The notes under the pieces are model-generated. The model was given only the letters and a program-made list of their open reading frames with translations. It ran no database searches and was not told the DNA's origin. Shown piece after piece: positions 10,325 to 21,606 of a DNA stretch of 64,000 nt. A program made the position numbers and the translations under genes. Source of the stretch: an uncultured Bacillota bacterium (lineage in GTDB: Bacteria > Sysuimicrobiota > Sysuimicrobiia > Sysuimicrobiales > Segetimicrobiaceae); the NCBI GenBank assembly GCA_963804645.1, contig CAWDRG010000022.1:1-64000 (forward strand), read 5' to 3'. Numbering within the stretch: position 1 is the stretch's first letter; every line of letters begins with the position of its first letter.

Positions 10325-11193
10325 CAGAGCTCCCTCACGCGACGCCACGATGCGATCCGGTCGTACCGGAACACGGGCCCGTCCTTGCAGACGAACTCCG
10401 GCCCGAACTGGCAGTGGCCGCACAACCCGATCGCGCACCGCATGCTGCGCTCCATCGAGAGGTAGATCCGCTCGGGCGCCAGCCCTCGCTTCTCGAGCTC
10501 GGCGACGGTAAACCGCATCATGACTTCCGGCCCGCAGACCATCGCGGTGGTCTCAGCCGGCTCGCACTCCACGCGGCCGATCAGCGTGGTCACGACCCCG
10601 ACATGGCCGTGCCACGCGTCGGGGTCGGCGGCGTCCACCGTGGCCTCGACCTGGACGTCGAACCGCCCGCGCCACCGCGCCAGCTCTGGTCCGTACAACA
10701 GGTCGCCGGGCGTGCGAGCGCCATACACCAGGGCGACCCGGCCGTACTCGCTTCGGTGCGCCAGCACGTGGTACAGGACCGGACGCAGGGGGGCCAGGCC
10801 GATCCCGCCCGCGACGATCAGCACGTCGCCGCCCACGGCGGCATCCACCGGCCAGGCACTTCCAAACGGACCGCGGACCCCGAGTGTCTGCCCACGCCGT
10901 AGGCGGCAGATGTCGTTGGTGACCCGACCAACCGCCCGGACCGTGTGCACCAGCTCCTGGGGCGCGCCCGGATCGCCCGAAATCGAGATGGCGGCTTCCC
11001 CCACCCCGAACACGTACAGCATGTTGAACTGGCCCGGGGCGAAACCGTACCGTCCGCCGCCTTCCGCGGACTCGATCGCAAGGGTCATCGTGTCGTGCGT
11101 CTCCCGCTTGACCCGCCGCACCGCCCACGGGCTCGGCGCCATGGCCTCCACGACGGCGGCACCAGCCGGCGCTCGCTCAGGCACGGCGGCCAT
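10324..11193 (-). CDS. hyhG: Group 3b hydrogenase gamma subunit (FAD/NAD(P)-binding, 2Fe-2S)
   Basis: [42 protein letters not shown]. Confidence 0.93.
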   Translation of the reverse strand: MAAVPERAPAGAAVVEAMAPSPWAVRRVKRETHDTMTLAIESAEGGGRYGFAPGQFNMLYVFGVGEAAISISGDPGAPQELVHTVRAVGRVTNDICRLRRGQTLGVRGPFGSAWPVDAAVGGDVLIVAGGIGLAPLRPVLYHVLAHRSEYGRVALVYGARTPGDLLYGPELARWRGRFDVQVEATVDAADPDAWHGHVGVVTTLIGRVECEPAETTAMVCGPEVMMRFTVAELEKRGLAPERIYLSMERSMRCAIGLCGHCQFGPEFVCKDGPVFRYDRIASWRRVREL

Positions 11194-11624
11194 AGACATC
11201 CAGCAGCTGCAGCCGCGTCGCCGTGAGCCGTTCTCCGACGACGCGCGACACACGCTTCAGCAGTTCGTAGCCGAGCCGGGGATCTTCGTCGCACTTCTTT
11301 CGGATGCAGGCGCCGTCGAACGAGGTGGCCCGCACCAAATCGACCGCCCGGGCATCGCACCCCTTCCGGTAGGGTGGGACCAGCCAGGACCAGCCAAGCA
11401 GTTCGCCCGCGCCCAACGTCGCGAACATCACCCGACCGCGCTCGGGAGACGCGAGCTCGAGCCCGACCGTGCCGTGGCGGATGAGGTAGAACTGGTCGGA
11501 CGGATCGCCCTCGTGGAACAGATACATCCCGGCCTTGAACTGCACATTGGAACCGCAGCCCGCGATCATCGTGAGATCGTCCTTCGACAGCCCCAAGAAC
11601 AGCGGGCTCTCGGTCAGCAGCGCG

Positions 11625-11638
<14 letters not shown>
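11177..11638 (-). CDS. Stand-alone cyclic nucleotide-binding domain protein
   Basis: [21 protein letters not shown] cNMP fold; no HTH; overlaps both neighbours. Confidence 0.88.
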
Positions 11639-12794
<1,156 letters not shown>

Positions 12795-12849
12795 CGAGCT
12801 CCTTCCGAGGCCGGGGCGCGATTAGGAGCGACGCGCCGACCGGCCGTCT

Positions 12850-13128
12850 TTATTCGCGGGCGGCGCCCGCCGCGGCGTACGCGCGGGCGGGCGAGGATCC
12901 CGTGTGCGGATCGCCAGTCCGGATGCCGCCCTCCGCCGGCGCGTCCCGCGTGCCGCGGACCTCCGTCCCGATCGGTTCCAGCGCGCGGAGGAAATCCGCG
13001 AGGACATCGCTCAACGGATCCGCGCCGCCGAGCCGCTGCGCCGCGAGCCGGACGCATCCCTCGGCGCTCAGGAGTACCTCTTCGAGGGCACACACGGCGG
13101 TGGGCTCACCCGCGTGACCTTCCGTCAT
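12850..13128 (-). CDS. Hypothetical protein (92 aa)
   Basis: ATG with upstream GGGAGGGAG; co-directional, fills the gap between mae and hyhB. Confidence 0.5.
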   Translation of the reverse strand: MTEGHAGEPTAVCALEEVLLSAEGCVRLAAQRLGGADPLSDVLADFLRALEPIGTEVRGTRDAPAEGGIRTGDPHTGSSPARAYAAAGAARE

Positions 13129-13195
13129 CCCGTCTCACTCCCTCCCACATCACCATCGGCGGGCCCGCCGGTGGACGATTGGTCTCCGACTGGCC

Positions 13196-14884
13196 TCACG
13201 CCAGGTACTCGGGCACCCACTGCCGCGCGACCGCCTCGGCGCGCAGCGCCTCAGGCGTCGTGCGCGGCGCGAGCCCTACGCGCTGCGCCTCGAGGCCGAC
13301 CGCCACGGCGATGTCCACGGCCACCCGGCGGAGGTCCCGGACGCTGGGCAGAAGCGGCGCCGTCGGATCGCTGGCCGACGGCGACTGTGCGCTCAGCGCG
13401 CGGGCCGCGGCAGCCAGCATGCCGTCCGTCACCCGGCGCGCCCCCGACGCGACGAGCCCCAGCCCGACCGCGGGGAAGATGAACACGTTGTTGCACTGGG
13501 CGATCGTCCAACGCCGCCCGCCGTAGTCCACCGGCGGAAACGGCGACCCGGTCGCGACGAGCGCCCGGCCCTCGGTCCAGCGCAGGAGATCGCCGGGGGT
13601 CGCCTCCGACCGGTCGGTTGGGTTCGACATCGGGAAGATGATCGGCCGCTCGACCTTGTGCGCCATCTCCCGGACGATCGCCTCGGTGAACGCGCCGCCC
13701 ACCGTCGACAGCCCGATCAGGATCGTGGCGGGCACCTGGCTGATCACGTTGGCCAAGCCGATCTGCCCGGCCGACGTCCGCGGCCATTCGGCGACCCGGG
13801 CCGCGGGCTGCGCGTAGACCGCCTGCTCGGGGCTGAGGTCGCGGCGCCCATCGTGCAGCAGGCCGCCGCGATTGAGAATCCAGAACCGCCTCCGTGCCTC
13901 TTCGTCCGAGAGGCCGCCGGTGACCATCGCCGCGCGCAGGTAGTCCGCGACGCCGATGCTCGCCGAGCCCGCCCCGAGAATCACGACCTGCTGGTCGGCG
14001 ACCGAGCGCCCCGCGACGCCGACCGCCGCCAGCAGGGTGCCGAGCGTCACCGAGGCGGTCCCCTGGATGTCGTCGTTGAACGTCAGAAGCTGATCGCGGT
14101 ACCGCTCGAGGATCGGGCGCGCGTGCGCCATCGAGAAATCTTCCCACTGCAGGCACGCCGCGGGCAGTTCCTGCCTCACCGCCTGGACGAACTGGTCGAC
14201 GAACGCGTCGTACTCCTCGCCGACCACGCGCCGGTGCTGCCACCCGAGGTACTCGGGGTCGCTCAGATTCTCCGGGTTGTTCGTCCCGACGTCCAGGACG
14301 ATCGGGAGCGTTCGCGACGGATGGATGCCGCCGATCGCGGTGTACAGCGACAGCTTCCCGATCGGGATCCCGAGCCCGTCGACCCCCTGGTCGCCGATGC
14401 CGAGAATCCGCTCGCCGTCGGTCACGACGATCACGTCGACGTGGGGATGGGGACGGTTCCGCAGCAGTTCCGGGATCTGGTCCCGCAGCGGATACGACAC
14501 GACGAGGCCACGGGGCCGGCGGTAGATGTGGCTGAACTGCTGACACGCCTGGCCCACGACCGGGGTGTAGATGATCGGCGTCATCTCTTCGACGTGCTCC
14601 AGGACCAGGCGGTAGAACAGCACCTCGTTCGTGTCCTGCAGCGCGCGCAGGTAGATGTGGCGCTCGAGATCGTCGGTCTTGCGCTGGTACGCGTGGTAGG
14701 CGCGCGCCACCTGCTCCGCGAGCGTCTCGACGCGCGGCGGCAGCAGCCCGTCCAATCCCAGCGCCGTCCGCTCCTCGGCGGTGAATGCGGTCCCCTTGTT
14801 GAGCGCCGGGGTGTTGAGCAGCTGCATCCCCCGCAGTTCGGCCCGTGGATCGGCGTCCTGCACCGCGTGCCAGCCCGTTGTCAT
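13196..14884 (-). CDS. maeA: NAD-dependent malic enzyme (MaeA/SfcA type)
   Basis: LNKGTAF, IYTPVVG, TDGERILG.GD, QWEDF, FNDDIQGT, GAGSA, SNPT. Confidence 0.95.
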   Translation of the reverse strand: MTTGWHAVQDADPRAELRGMQLLNTPALNKGTAFTAEERTALGLDGLLPPRVETLAEQVARAYHAYQRKTDDLERHIYLRALQDTNEVLFYRLVLEHVEEMTPIIYTPVVGQACQQFSHIYRRPRGLVVSYPLRDQIPELLRNRPHPHVDVIVVTDGERILGIGDQGVDGLGIPIGKLSLYTAIGGIHPSRTLPIVLDVGTNNPENLSDPEYLGWQHRRVVGEEYDAFVDQFVQAVRQELPAACLQWEDFSMAHARPILERYRDQLLTFNDDIQGTASVTLGTLLAAVGVAGRSVADQQVVILGAGSASIGVADYLRAAMVTGGLSDEEARRRFWILNRGGLLHDGRRDLSPEQAVYAQPAARVAEWPRTSAGQIGLANVISQVPATILIGLSTVGGAFTEAIVREMAHKVERPIIFPMSNPTDRSEATPGDLLRWTEGRALVATGSPFPPVDYGGRRWTIAQCNNVFIFPAVGLGLVASGARRVTDGMLAAAARALSAQSPSASDPTAPLLPSVRDLRRVAVDIAVAVGLEAQRVGLAPRTTPEALRAEAVARQWVPEYLA

Positions 14885-14936
14885 CGCCATCCTCCTCACT
14901 CGCTGTCGCTCAGCCCGTCCCCCGTGCGGCCGCGGA

Positions 14937-15950
14937 TCATCCGCGGGTCACCCCGGAGGCGTGGTGGTCGCTCTGCAAGATCGTGATGTAATTGGCCCGC
15001 TCGAACGCCGCGGCGTCGGGCAGCGCGCGGCGGCTCATCCGGCCGCGGATCCGGGACACGGCGTCGATATTGCGGGCGTCGAGCCAGTTCGTGAGGCCGT
15101 CGAGCAGCGTCTGCATGTACCCGACCCCGTGGCGGAGCAGCGCCGACGTGGTCATCACCACGTCGGCCCCCACGAGGAGATACTTGATCACCTCGTCGGC
15201 CGTCTCGACGCCCGTGCTGGCCGCAAGCGAGCCCCGCACCTGCCCCGCGAGCACGCCGAGCCACAGCAGCGGCAGCCGGATCTCGGACGGCGCGCTCAGG
15301 ATCAGATCCCGACGCAGCCGCAGCTCCACGAGATCGATGTCCGGCTGGTAGAACCGGTTGAACAGGACGAACCCGTCCGCCCCGCACTCGTCGAGGGCGC
15401 GCACCGTGTGGCCGACCGCGCTGAAGTAGGGACTCAACTTCATCGCGACGGGAATCGACACCGCCCGCTTGACGGCGCCCAGGACGTCGGCGTACCGCTG
15501 TTCGACCTGCGCGCCGGCGAGCGAGAGATCCGAGGGGACGAAGTAGACGTTGAGCTCGATGGCGCTGGCGCCGGCCTGCTGGACCTCGCGGGCGTAGCGC
15601 GTCCAGCCGGACGCGGTGACGCCGTTCAGGCTCGCGATCACGGGCATGTCGACCGCCTCGCGCGCGCGCCGGATCAGGTCTAAGTACCCGTCGGTCCCGG
15701 TGCGGTAGGCCGCCGAGGAGGGAAAGTACGACTGCGCCTCGCCGGTGCTGTCGGCGCCGGCGCGCACCAGCCGCTCGACCTCCTGCACCTCCGCCTCGAT
15801 CTGCTCCTCGAAGATCGACGGCAGCACGACCGCCGCCGCCCCCGCATCCTCGAGCCACCGAATGTTGCCGAGCTCGAGCCACAGCGGGGACGCGGACGCC
15901 ACCAGCGGGTGCGCCAGCGGCAGGCCGAGATACTGGGTACGCAGGTCCAT
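14937..15950 (-). CDS. Dihydroorotate dehydrogenase-like FMN protein (PFOR-associated family)
   Basis: ASASP, SIFEEQI, IASLNG, IELN, KLSPYFS, FNRFYQPDID; lacks the ELNxSCPN catalytic Cys. Confidence 0.9.
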   Translation of the reverse strand: MDLRTQYLGLPLAHPLVASASPLWLELGNIRWLEDAGAAAVVLPSIFEEQIEAEVQEVERLVRAGADSTGEAQSYFPSSAAYRTGTDGYLDLIRRAREAVDMPVIASLNGVTASGWTRYAREVQQAGASAIELNVYFVPSDLSLAGAQVEQRYADVLGAVKRAVSIPVAMKLSPYFSAVGHTVRALDECGADGFVLFNRFYQPDIDLVELRLRRDLILSAPSEIRLPLLWLGVLAGQVRGSLAASTGVETADEVIKYLLVGADVVMTTSALLRHGVGYMQTLLDGLTNWLDARNIDAVSRIRGRMSRRALPDAAAFERANYITILQSDHHASGVTRG

Positions 15951-15959
15951 GAGACCCTC

Positions 15960-18900
15960 CTAGGCGTCGCCCGGCGCGCGGCCGGCGAGGGCCGGGTGGA
16001 ACCGCTCGGGGGACCACGAGGCCATATTTTCGTAGAGCCGGTATTTTTCGTTGACCGCGGCCTGCGCCTGCGCGAGCAGGTCCGCCGCCTCCTCCGGCCG
16101 GTTCTGCGCCAGCGCCTTGTACCGGAGTTCGTTGTACGCGTAGGCGCGCAGCGGGACCGCCGGCCGGGGCGAGTCGAGCCGGAACGGGTTCTCCCCCACG
16201 GCGCGCATCGCCGGGTTGTAGCGGAACAACGGCCAGTAGCCGCTCGCCACGGCGAGCCGCTGCTGGTTCATACCGAGCCGCATGTCGATCCCGTGCGCGA
16301 TGCAGTGGCAGTAGGCGAGGATCAGCGACGGCCCCGCGTAGGCCTCGGCCTCGCGAAACGCCTGCAGCGTCTGCTGGGGATTGGCGCCCATCGCCACCTG
16401 CGCGACGTAAACGTTGCCGTACGCGATCGCCTGCAGCGCGAGGTCCTTGCGCGCCACGCGCTTGCCGGCGGCCGCGAACTTGGCGATGGCGCCGAGCGGC
16501 GTCGCCTTCGAGGCCTGGCCGCCGGTGTTGGAGTACACCTCCGTGTCGAGCACGAGCACGTTCACGTCGCGCGCGGTCGCGAGCACGTGGTCGAGGCCGC
16601 CGTAGCCGATGTCGTACGCCCACCCGTCGCCGCCGACGATCCACACGCTGCGCCGGACCAGCTGATCGACCACCGACAAGAGATCCTGCACCGCGGGCTC
16701 GCCGGGGAGGGCGTGGAGCCGGCGCTTCAGCTCCGCCACCCGCGCGTGCTGCGCCCGAATCTCGGACTCCTGCACCTGCGGGGCCGTGAGGATCGCGTCG
16801 ACGAGATCCTCGCCGAGCCGGGGCGCCAGCGTCCGCGCGAGACCGGCGGCGAGCGCCAGGTGCTTGTCCGCGGCCAGCCGGAACCCGAGGCCAAACTCGG
16901 CGTTGTCCTCGAACAGCGAGTTGGCCCACGCCGGGCCGCGGCCGTCCTTGTTCGCGGACCACGGCGTCACCGGGAGGTTCCCGCCGTAGATCGAGGAGCA
17001 CCCGGTCGCGTTCGCCACCTGCATCCGGTCGCCGAACAGCTGCGAGAGGAGGCTGAGGTACGGCGTCTCGCCGCAGCCCGCGCACGCGCCGGAGAACTGG
17101 AACAGCGGCTCGAGGAACTGTACCCCGCGCACGTTGGCGAAGTCGACCCGTGCGCGGTCGTTCACGGGCAGGGTCTCGAAGAACTCCATCGCCCGACGCG
17201 CCGGCGCGACCAGCGGCAGCTTGTCGCGGAGGTTGATCGCCTTCACCTCGGGATCGACGGGGCTGTGCGCCGGGCAGGCCTCCACGCACAGGCCGCAGCC
17301 GGTACAGTCCTCCACGTGGAACTGCAGCGAGAAGCGCACGTCCGGAAACCCGCGCACGTTGATCGGCGCCGACTTGAAGTCTTCGGGCGCCCCCTCGAGC
17401 GCCGTCCCGTCGAAGTACTTGGCGCGGATCACCGCGTGGGGGCACACGAAGCTGCACTGCCCGCACTGGATGCAGATCTCCGGCTCCCACAGGGGCACCA
17501 CGTCGGCGATGTTGCGCTTCTCCCACACCGCCGTGCCCGAGGGGTACGTGCCGTCGACCGGCATCAGGCTCACGGGGATCTGATCACCCAGGCCCTCCAT
17601 CATCTTCGCCGTGACCGTGCGCACGAACTCGGGCGCGTCGGCCGGCACGATCGGCGGCCGCTCCCACCGGCTCGTCGCCGCACCGGGAACGGTGACCTCG
17701 GACAGCTGCGCGAGCGTGTCGTCGACCGCCTGGAAGTTCCGGCGCACGACGTCCTCGCCTTTCGCGCCGTACGTCTTCTCGATCGCGCGCTTAATCTGCC
17801 GGATCGCCTCGTCCTTCGGCAGCACGCCGGAGATCCCGAAGAAGCACGTCTGCAGCACGGTGTTGGTGCGGCCGCGCAGACCGACCTGGTCGGCGACCTT
17901 CGACGCGTCAATCACAAAGACGCGCAGGTGCTTGTCGATGATCTGCTGCTGCGTCGAGCGCGGCAGGTGATCCCAAACCTCCTCCGGGCCGTACGGCGCG
18001 TTCACGAGGAACGTGGCGCCCGGCGCCGCGAGGCGCAGCACGTCGAACCGCTCCACGAACTGGAACTGGTGGCACCCGACGAAGTTCGCCTGTTGAATCA
18101 GGTACGGCGCGTGAATCGGGCGCGGCCCGAAGCGCAGGTGCGAGATCGTCTGCGCGCCCGACTTGTGCGAGTCGTAGACGAAGTAGCCCTGGGCGTACAG
18201 CCCGGCATCCTCGGCGATGATCTTCACGGTATTCTTGTTCGCGCCGACCGTGCCGTCAGCGCCGAGGCCGTAGAACACCGCCCGCACGACATCGTCGGGC
18301 TCGATCGTGAACGAGGGGTCGACCTCCAAGCTCGTGTGGGTCACGTCGTCGAGGATGCCGACCGTGAAGCCGTTCTTCGGTCGGGGGCGCGCGAGCTCAT
18401 CGAACACCGCCTTGACCCCGGCCGGGGTAAAGTCCTTGGACGACAGCCCGTACCGGCCGCCGACCACCACCGGCATGACGCGCCCAGTCCCGGACGCGGC
18501 CGCCTGCGCCAGCGCGGTCACGACGTCGAGGTAGAGCGGCTCGCCGACTGCGCCGGGCTCCTTGGTCTGCTCCACGACCGCCACCACGCGGGCCGTGAGC
18601 GGCAGCGCGGCGACGAACGCGTCGACCGCGAACGGCCGGTAGAGCCGCACCTGCACCACGCCGACCTTCTCGCCCCGGGCGCACAGCGCGGCCGCGGTCT
18701 CGCGCGCCGTCTCGGCGCCCGAGCCCATCAGCACGATGACACGCTCGGCGTCGGGCGCGCCGGCGTACTCGAACAGCCGGTAGCGGCGTCCGGTCACCGC
18801 CGCGAAGTGCGCCATCGCGCGCTCGACGATGTCCGGCACGTTGGCGTAGAACCGGTTGACCGCCTCCCGCGCCTGAAAGTACGTGTCCGGGTTGTGCGCG

Positions 18901-19553
18901 GTACCGCGCACGACCGGATGCTCCGGCGTGAGGGCGCGGGCGCGGTGCGCGCGCACGAGGTCGTCGTCGATCATCGCCCGGATCTGCGCGTCGCTCAGCA
19001 GGTCGACGGTATTGAGCTCGTGCGAGGTGCGAAATCCATCGAAGAAGTGCAGGAACGGCACCCGGGACTCCAGCGTCGCCGCCTGCGCGATCAGCGCGCC
19101 GTCGTGCGCCTCCTGCACGGAGCCCGAGGACAGCAGCGCAAACCCGGTCGTGCGTGCGGTCATGACGTCGGAATGGTCGCCGAAGATCGAGAGCGCGTGG
19201 GTGGCGAGCGTACGCGCGGCGACGTGGAACACCGTCGCCGTCAGCTCGCCGGCGATCTTCAGCATGTTGGGCAGCATCAACAGCAGGCCCTGCGACGCCG
19301 TAAAGGTCGTCGTGAGCGCGCCGGACTGCAGCGCGCCGTGCACCGTGCCGGCGGCCCCACCCTCGCTCTGCATCTCTTGGACGACCGGGATGTTGCCCCA
19401 GATGTTCGGCACGCCGGCCGCCGCCCACTCATCCGAGAGCTCGGCCATCGTCGAGGACGGCGTGATCGGAAAGATCGCGCAGACCTCATTCACCCGGTAC
19501 GCCACGTGCGCGACGGCGGTGTTGCCGTCCATCGTCGTGACCTGTGTGCTCAT
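15960..19553 (-). CDS. nifJ: Pyruvate:ferredoxin (flavodoxin) oxidoreductase, single-chain
   Basis: FPITPSS, QSEGGA, TASQGL, CIQCGQCSFVCP, CTGCGLCVEACP, ACAGCGE, GGDGWAYDIG, SNTGGQ. Confidence 0.97.
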   Translation of the reverse strand: MSTQVTTMDGNTAVAHVAYRVNEVCAIFPITPSSTMAELSDEWAAAGVPNIWGNIPVVQEMQSEGGAAGTVHGALQSGALTTTFTASQGLLLMLPNMLKIAGELTATVFHVAARTLATHALSIFGDHSDVMTARTTGFALLSSGSVQEAHDGALIAQAATLESRVPFLHFFDGFRTSHELNTVDLLSDAQIRAMIDDDLVRAHRARALTPEHPVVRGTAHNPDTYFQAREAVNRFYANVPDIVERAMAHFAAVTGRRYRLFEYAGAPDAERVIVLMGSGAETARETAAALCARGEKVGVVQVRLYRPFAVDAFVAALPLTARVVAVVEQTKEPGAVGEPLYLDVVTALAQAAASGTGRVMPVVVGGRYGLSSKDFTPAGVKAVFDELARPRPKNGFTVGILDDVTHTSLEVDPSFTIEPDDVVRAVFYGLGADGTVGANKNTVKIIAEDAGLYAQGYFVYDSHKSGAQTISHLRFGPRPIHAPYLIQQANFVGCHQFQFVERFDVLRLAAPGATFLVNAPYGPEEVWDHLPRSTQQQIIDKHLRVFVIDASKVADQVGLRGRTNTVLQTCFFGISGVLPKDEAIRQIKRAIEKTYGAKGEDVVRRNFQAVDDTLAQLSEVTVPGAATSRWERPPIVPADAPEFVRTVTAKMMEGLGDQIPVSLMPVDGTYPSGTAVWEKRNIADVVPLWEPEICIQCGQCSFVCPHAVIRAKYFDGTALEGAPEDFKSAPINVRGFPDVRFSLQFHVEDCTGCGLCVEACPAHSPVDPEVKAINLRDKLPLVAPARRAMEFFETLPVNDRARVDFANVRGVQFLEPLFQFSGACAGCGETPYLSLLSQLFGDRMQVANATGCSSIYGGNLPVTPWSANKDGRGPAWANSLFEDNAEFGLGFRLAADKHLALAAGLARTLAPRLGEDLVDAILTAPQVQESEIRAQHARVAELKRRLHALPGEPAVQDLLSVVDQLVRRSVWIVGGDGWAYDIGYGGLDHVLATARDVNVLVLDTEVYSNTGGQASKATPLGAIAKFAAAGKRVARKDLALQAIAYGNVYVAQVAMGANPQQTLQAFREAEAYAGPSLILAYCHCIAHGIDMRLGMNQQRLAVASGYWPLFRYNPAMRAVGENPFRLDSPRPAVPLRAYAYNELRYKALAQNRPEEAADLLAQAQAAVNEKYRLYENMASWSPERFHPALAGRAPGDA

Positions 19554-19605
19554 CCCGGTGTGCCTCCCTATCAAGGCGCGGCGGCGCGCGCCCGGCGGTC
19601 GCTCG

Positions 19606-21238
19606 TCACGACGGCTCGGGCACCATCTCGATCGCGTGGCACGGGCACTGCTCGAAGCACACGGCGCAGCCGGTGCACTTCGCGTAGTCGTAGACGTACC
19701 CGCGCCCCGGCCCGAGCTTCACGATCGCGTCCTCGGGACACGCCGCGTAGCAGTGGTCGCATTCGAAGCACGTCCCGCAGCTGAGGCAGCGCCGCGCCTC
19801 GTAGCGGGCGGCCGGCTCGGCGAGGCCGGCCACGACCTCGTCGAATCCGCTCACCCGCGCGGCCGGCTCGAGCGTCCGCTGCACCGACCGGTCGGCGTCG
19901 CTGAAGATCGGCAGGTGCAGCATCGGGAACGAGACGAGCGGCCGCGGCTGGGGCGCCTCATACCGGACCCCGCGCAGCCACCCGTCGATGTGGCGCGCCG
20001 CGAGCTTGCCGTGCCCGACCGCCGCGGTGACGGTGCGCTCGCTCGGGACCATGTCGCCGCCGGCGAACACCCCGGGATGCCCCGTCATCATGTCGGGGCC
20101 CACGATCACGGTGCCGTCCGCTTTGAACGCGATGCCGGACACGCGCCGGAGGAAGCCGCTCTCGGCGTCCTGGCCGACCGCCAGGACCACCGCGTCCGCC
20201 TCCAGCGTCTCGAGCTCGCCCGTCGGCTGGGGCCGGCCGTCCGCGTCGAGGGCCATGCGTTCGACCACCAGCGACGGGCCGGCGATCTCCTTGATGGTCG
20301 TGAGCCACTTGATCGTGACGCCCTCCTCGAGGGCTTCGTCGGCCTCGAACGCGCGGGCGGGCATATGCGCGCGGTCCCGCCGGTACACGATCAGCGCCTC
20401 CTCCGCTCCCAGCCGCTTCGCAGTGCGCGCCGCGTCCATGGCCGTGTTGCCGCCGCCGTAGACCACGACGCGGCGGCCGAGCTGCGGCCGCTCTCCCCCG
20501 CCGATCCCGCGCAGGACGCTGACAGCGTCGAGCACGCGCGCCGCGTCTCGCGCCGGGATGTCCACGTGCCGGCTGGCATGGGCCCCGATCGCGACAAACA
20601 CCGCATCGAACCGCCCGGCCTCGCGCTCGGCGAGGACGTCTTCGACCGTGTGGTTGAGCACCATCCTGACGCCGAGCGCCTCGATGCGGCGAATCTCCGC
20701 CATCAGATCCGCGCGCGGCAGCCGGTAGGCGGGAATGCCGAAGTGCAGCATGCCGCCGGGCAACCGGGCCCGCGTCGTGCATCTCCACGCGGTGCCCGAG
20801 CCGGGTCAAATGGTACGCGGCCGAGAGGCCGCTCGGCCCCGCCCCCACGACCAGCACGCGTTTGCCGGTCGACGGCGCGTCGACCGGGAGCGTCCAGCCT
20901 TCGGCGCCGGCGAGATCCCCGAGGAACCGCTCGACGGCGTGAATGCTGACCGGCGCGTCCAGCTCGGCGCGGTTGCAGTGGGTCTCGCACGGGTGGTAGC
21001 ACACCCGCCCGTGCACCGCGGGCAGCGGGTTATCCCGGACCAGCGTCTCCCACGCCTGGCGGTACTGGCCGGCCTGCGCCAGCGCGAGCCACGCCTGAAT
21101 GTTCTCCCCGGCCGGACACGCGTGGTTGCACGGCGGCAGGAGCGTCACGTACTCGGGACGCCGCTGCCGGACGGGCCCGCTGCCCAGCTCGTGCGTCAGG
21201 TCGACGATCGGGGTCATGTCGTGCGGCCGCCTCGACAC
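19606..21238 (-). pseudogene. GltD/SudA-like NAD(P)H flavoprotein with C-terminal 2[4Fe-4S] domain; 1-nt frameshift near 20763
   Basis: N-part (PPCNHACPAG, GRVCYHPCE, GAGPSG) and C-part (GGMLHFGIP, GGGNTAMD, CFECDHC, CTGCAVC) are in different frames, joined at ...GGCCCGGTTGCCCGGCGGCATG; could be a sequencing error. Confidence 0.85.
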
Positions 21239-21334
21239 ACTCACTCCTTCCCCGCACGGCGGCCATGAACATCCGCGCCGTCTCGGGATCGTGGTCTGCG
21301 TGATCAGCATAGCCGTCGTCCAATGGTGACGCCT

Positions 21335-21374
21335 ATCGGGTGGCGAGAGTATTGAACCGGTGGACGGACCCGAT
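21335..21374 (-). promoter_or_regulatory. Tandem operator boxes upstream of the gltD-like/nifJ/mae/hyh operon
   Basis: ATCGGGTGGCGAGAGTAT (21335-21352) and CCGGTGGACGGACCCGAT (21357-21374); -10-like TATGCT at 21306-21311, 23 nt away; distal box ATCGGCGTGCGGTCCGAC at 21548-21565. Confidence 0.55.
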
Positions 21375-21606
21375 CGCGGCGGCCTGGGGCCGTGGCCCAC
21401 CGCGCGTGCTGCCGCACGTCACGCTGGCTCGCGTCTCACTTCGACCGCGTGACCCATCGCGTCCGCGCACAGTCATACACCAGGCGCCGGACACCGCCAG
21501 TCGCACAGCACTCCGCGGCGTTCGGCCGGTAGACAGGGAAACGTGCGATCGGCGTGCGGTCCGACGGTGGCCGCCTGGGAATCGTGCCAGGCGAGCGCGC
21601 AGTGTC

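Noticed and set aside
13155..13172. Operator-like ATCGGCGGGCCCGCCGGT upstream of the 92-aa ORF
   Set aside because: The expected -10 position falls on the start codon, so the geometry does not fit; left out of the site count
15909..19784. 1291-aa plus-strand ORF and many other long antisense or alternate-frame ORFs (e.g. 5709-7688, 11535-13526, 43284-45563)
   Set aside because: Shadows of real genes in high-GC DNA; Arg/Ala/Pro-rich and without motifs
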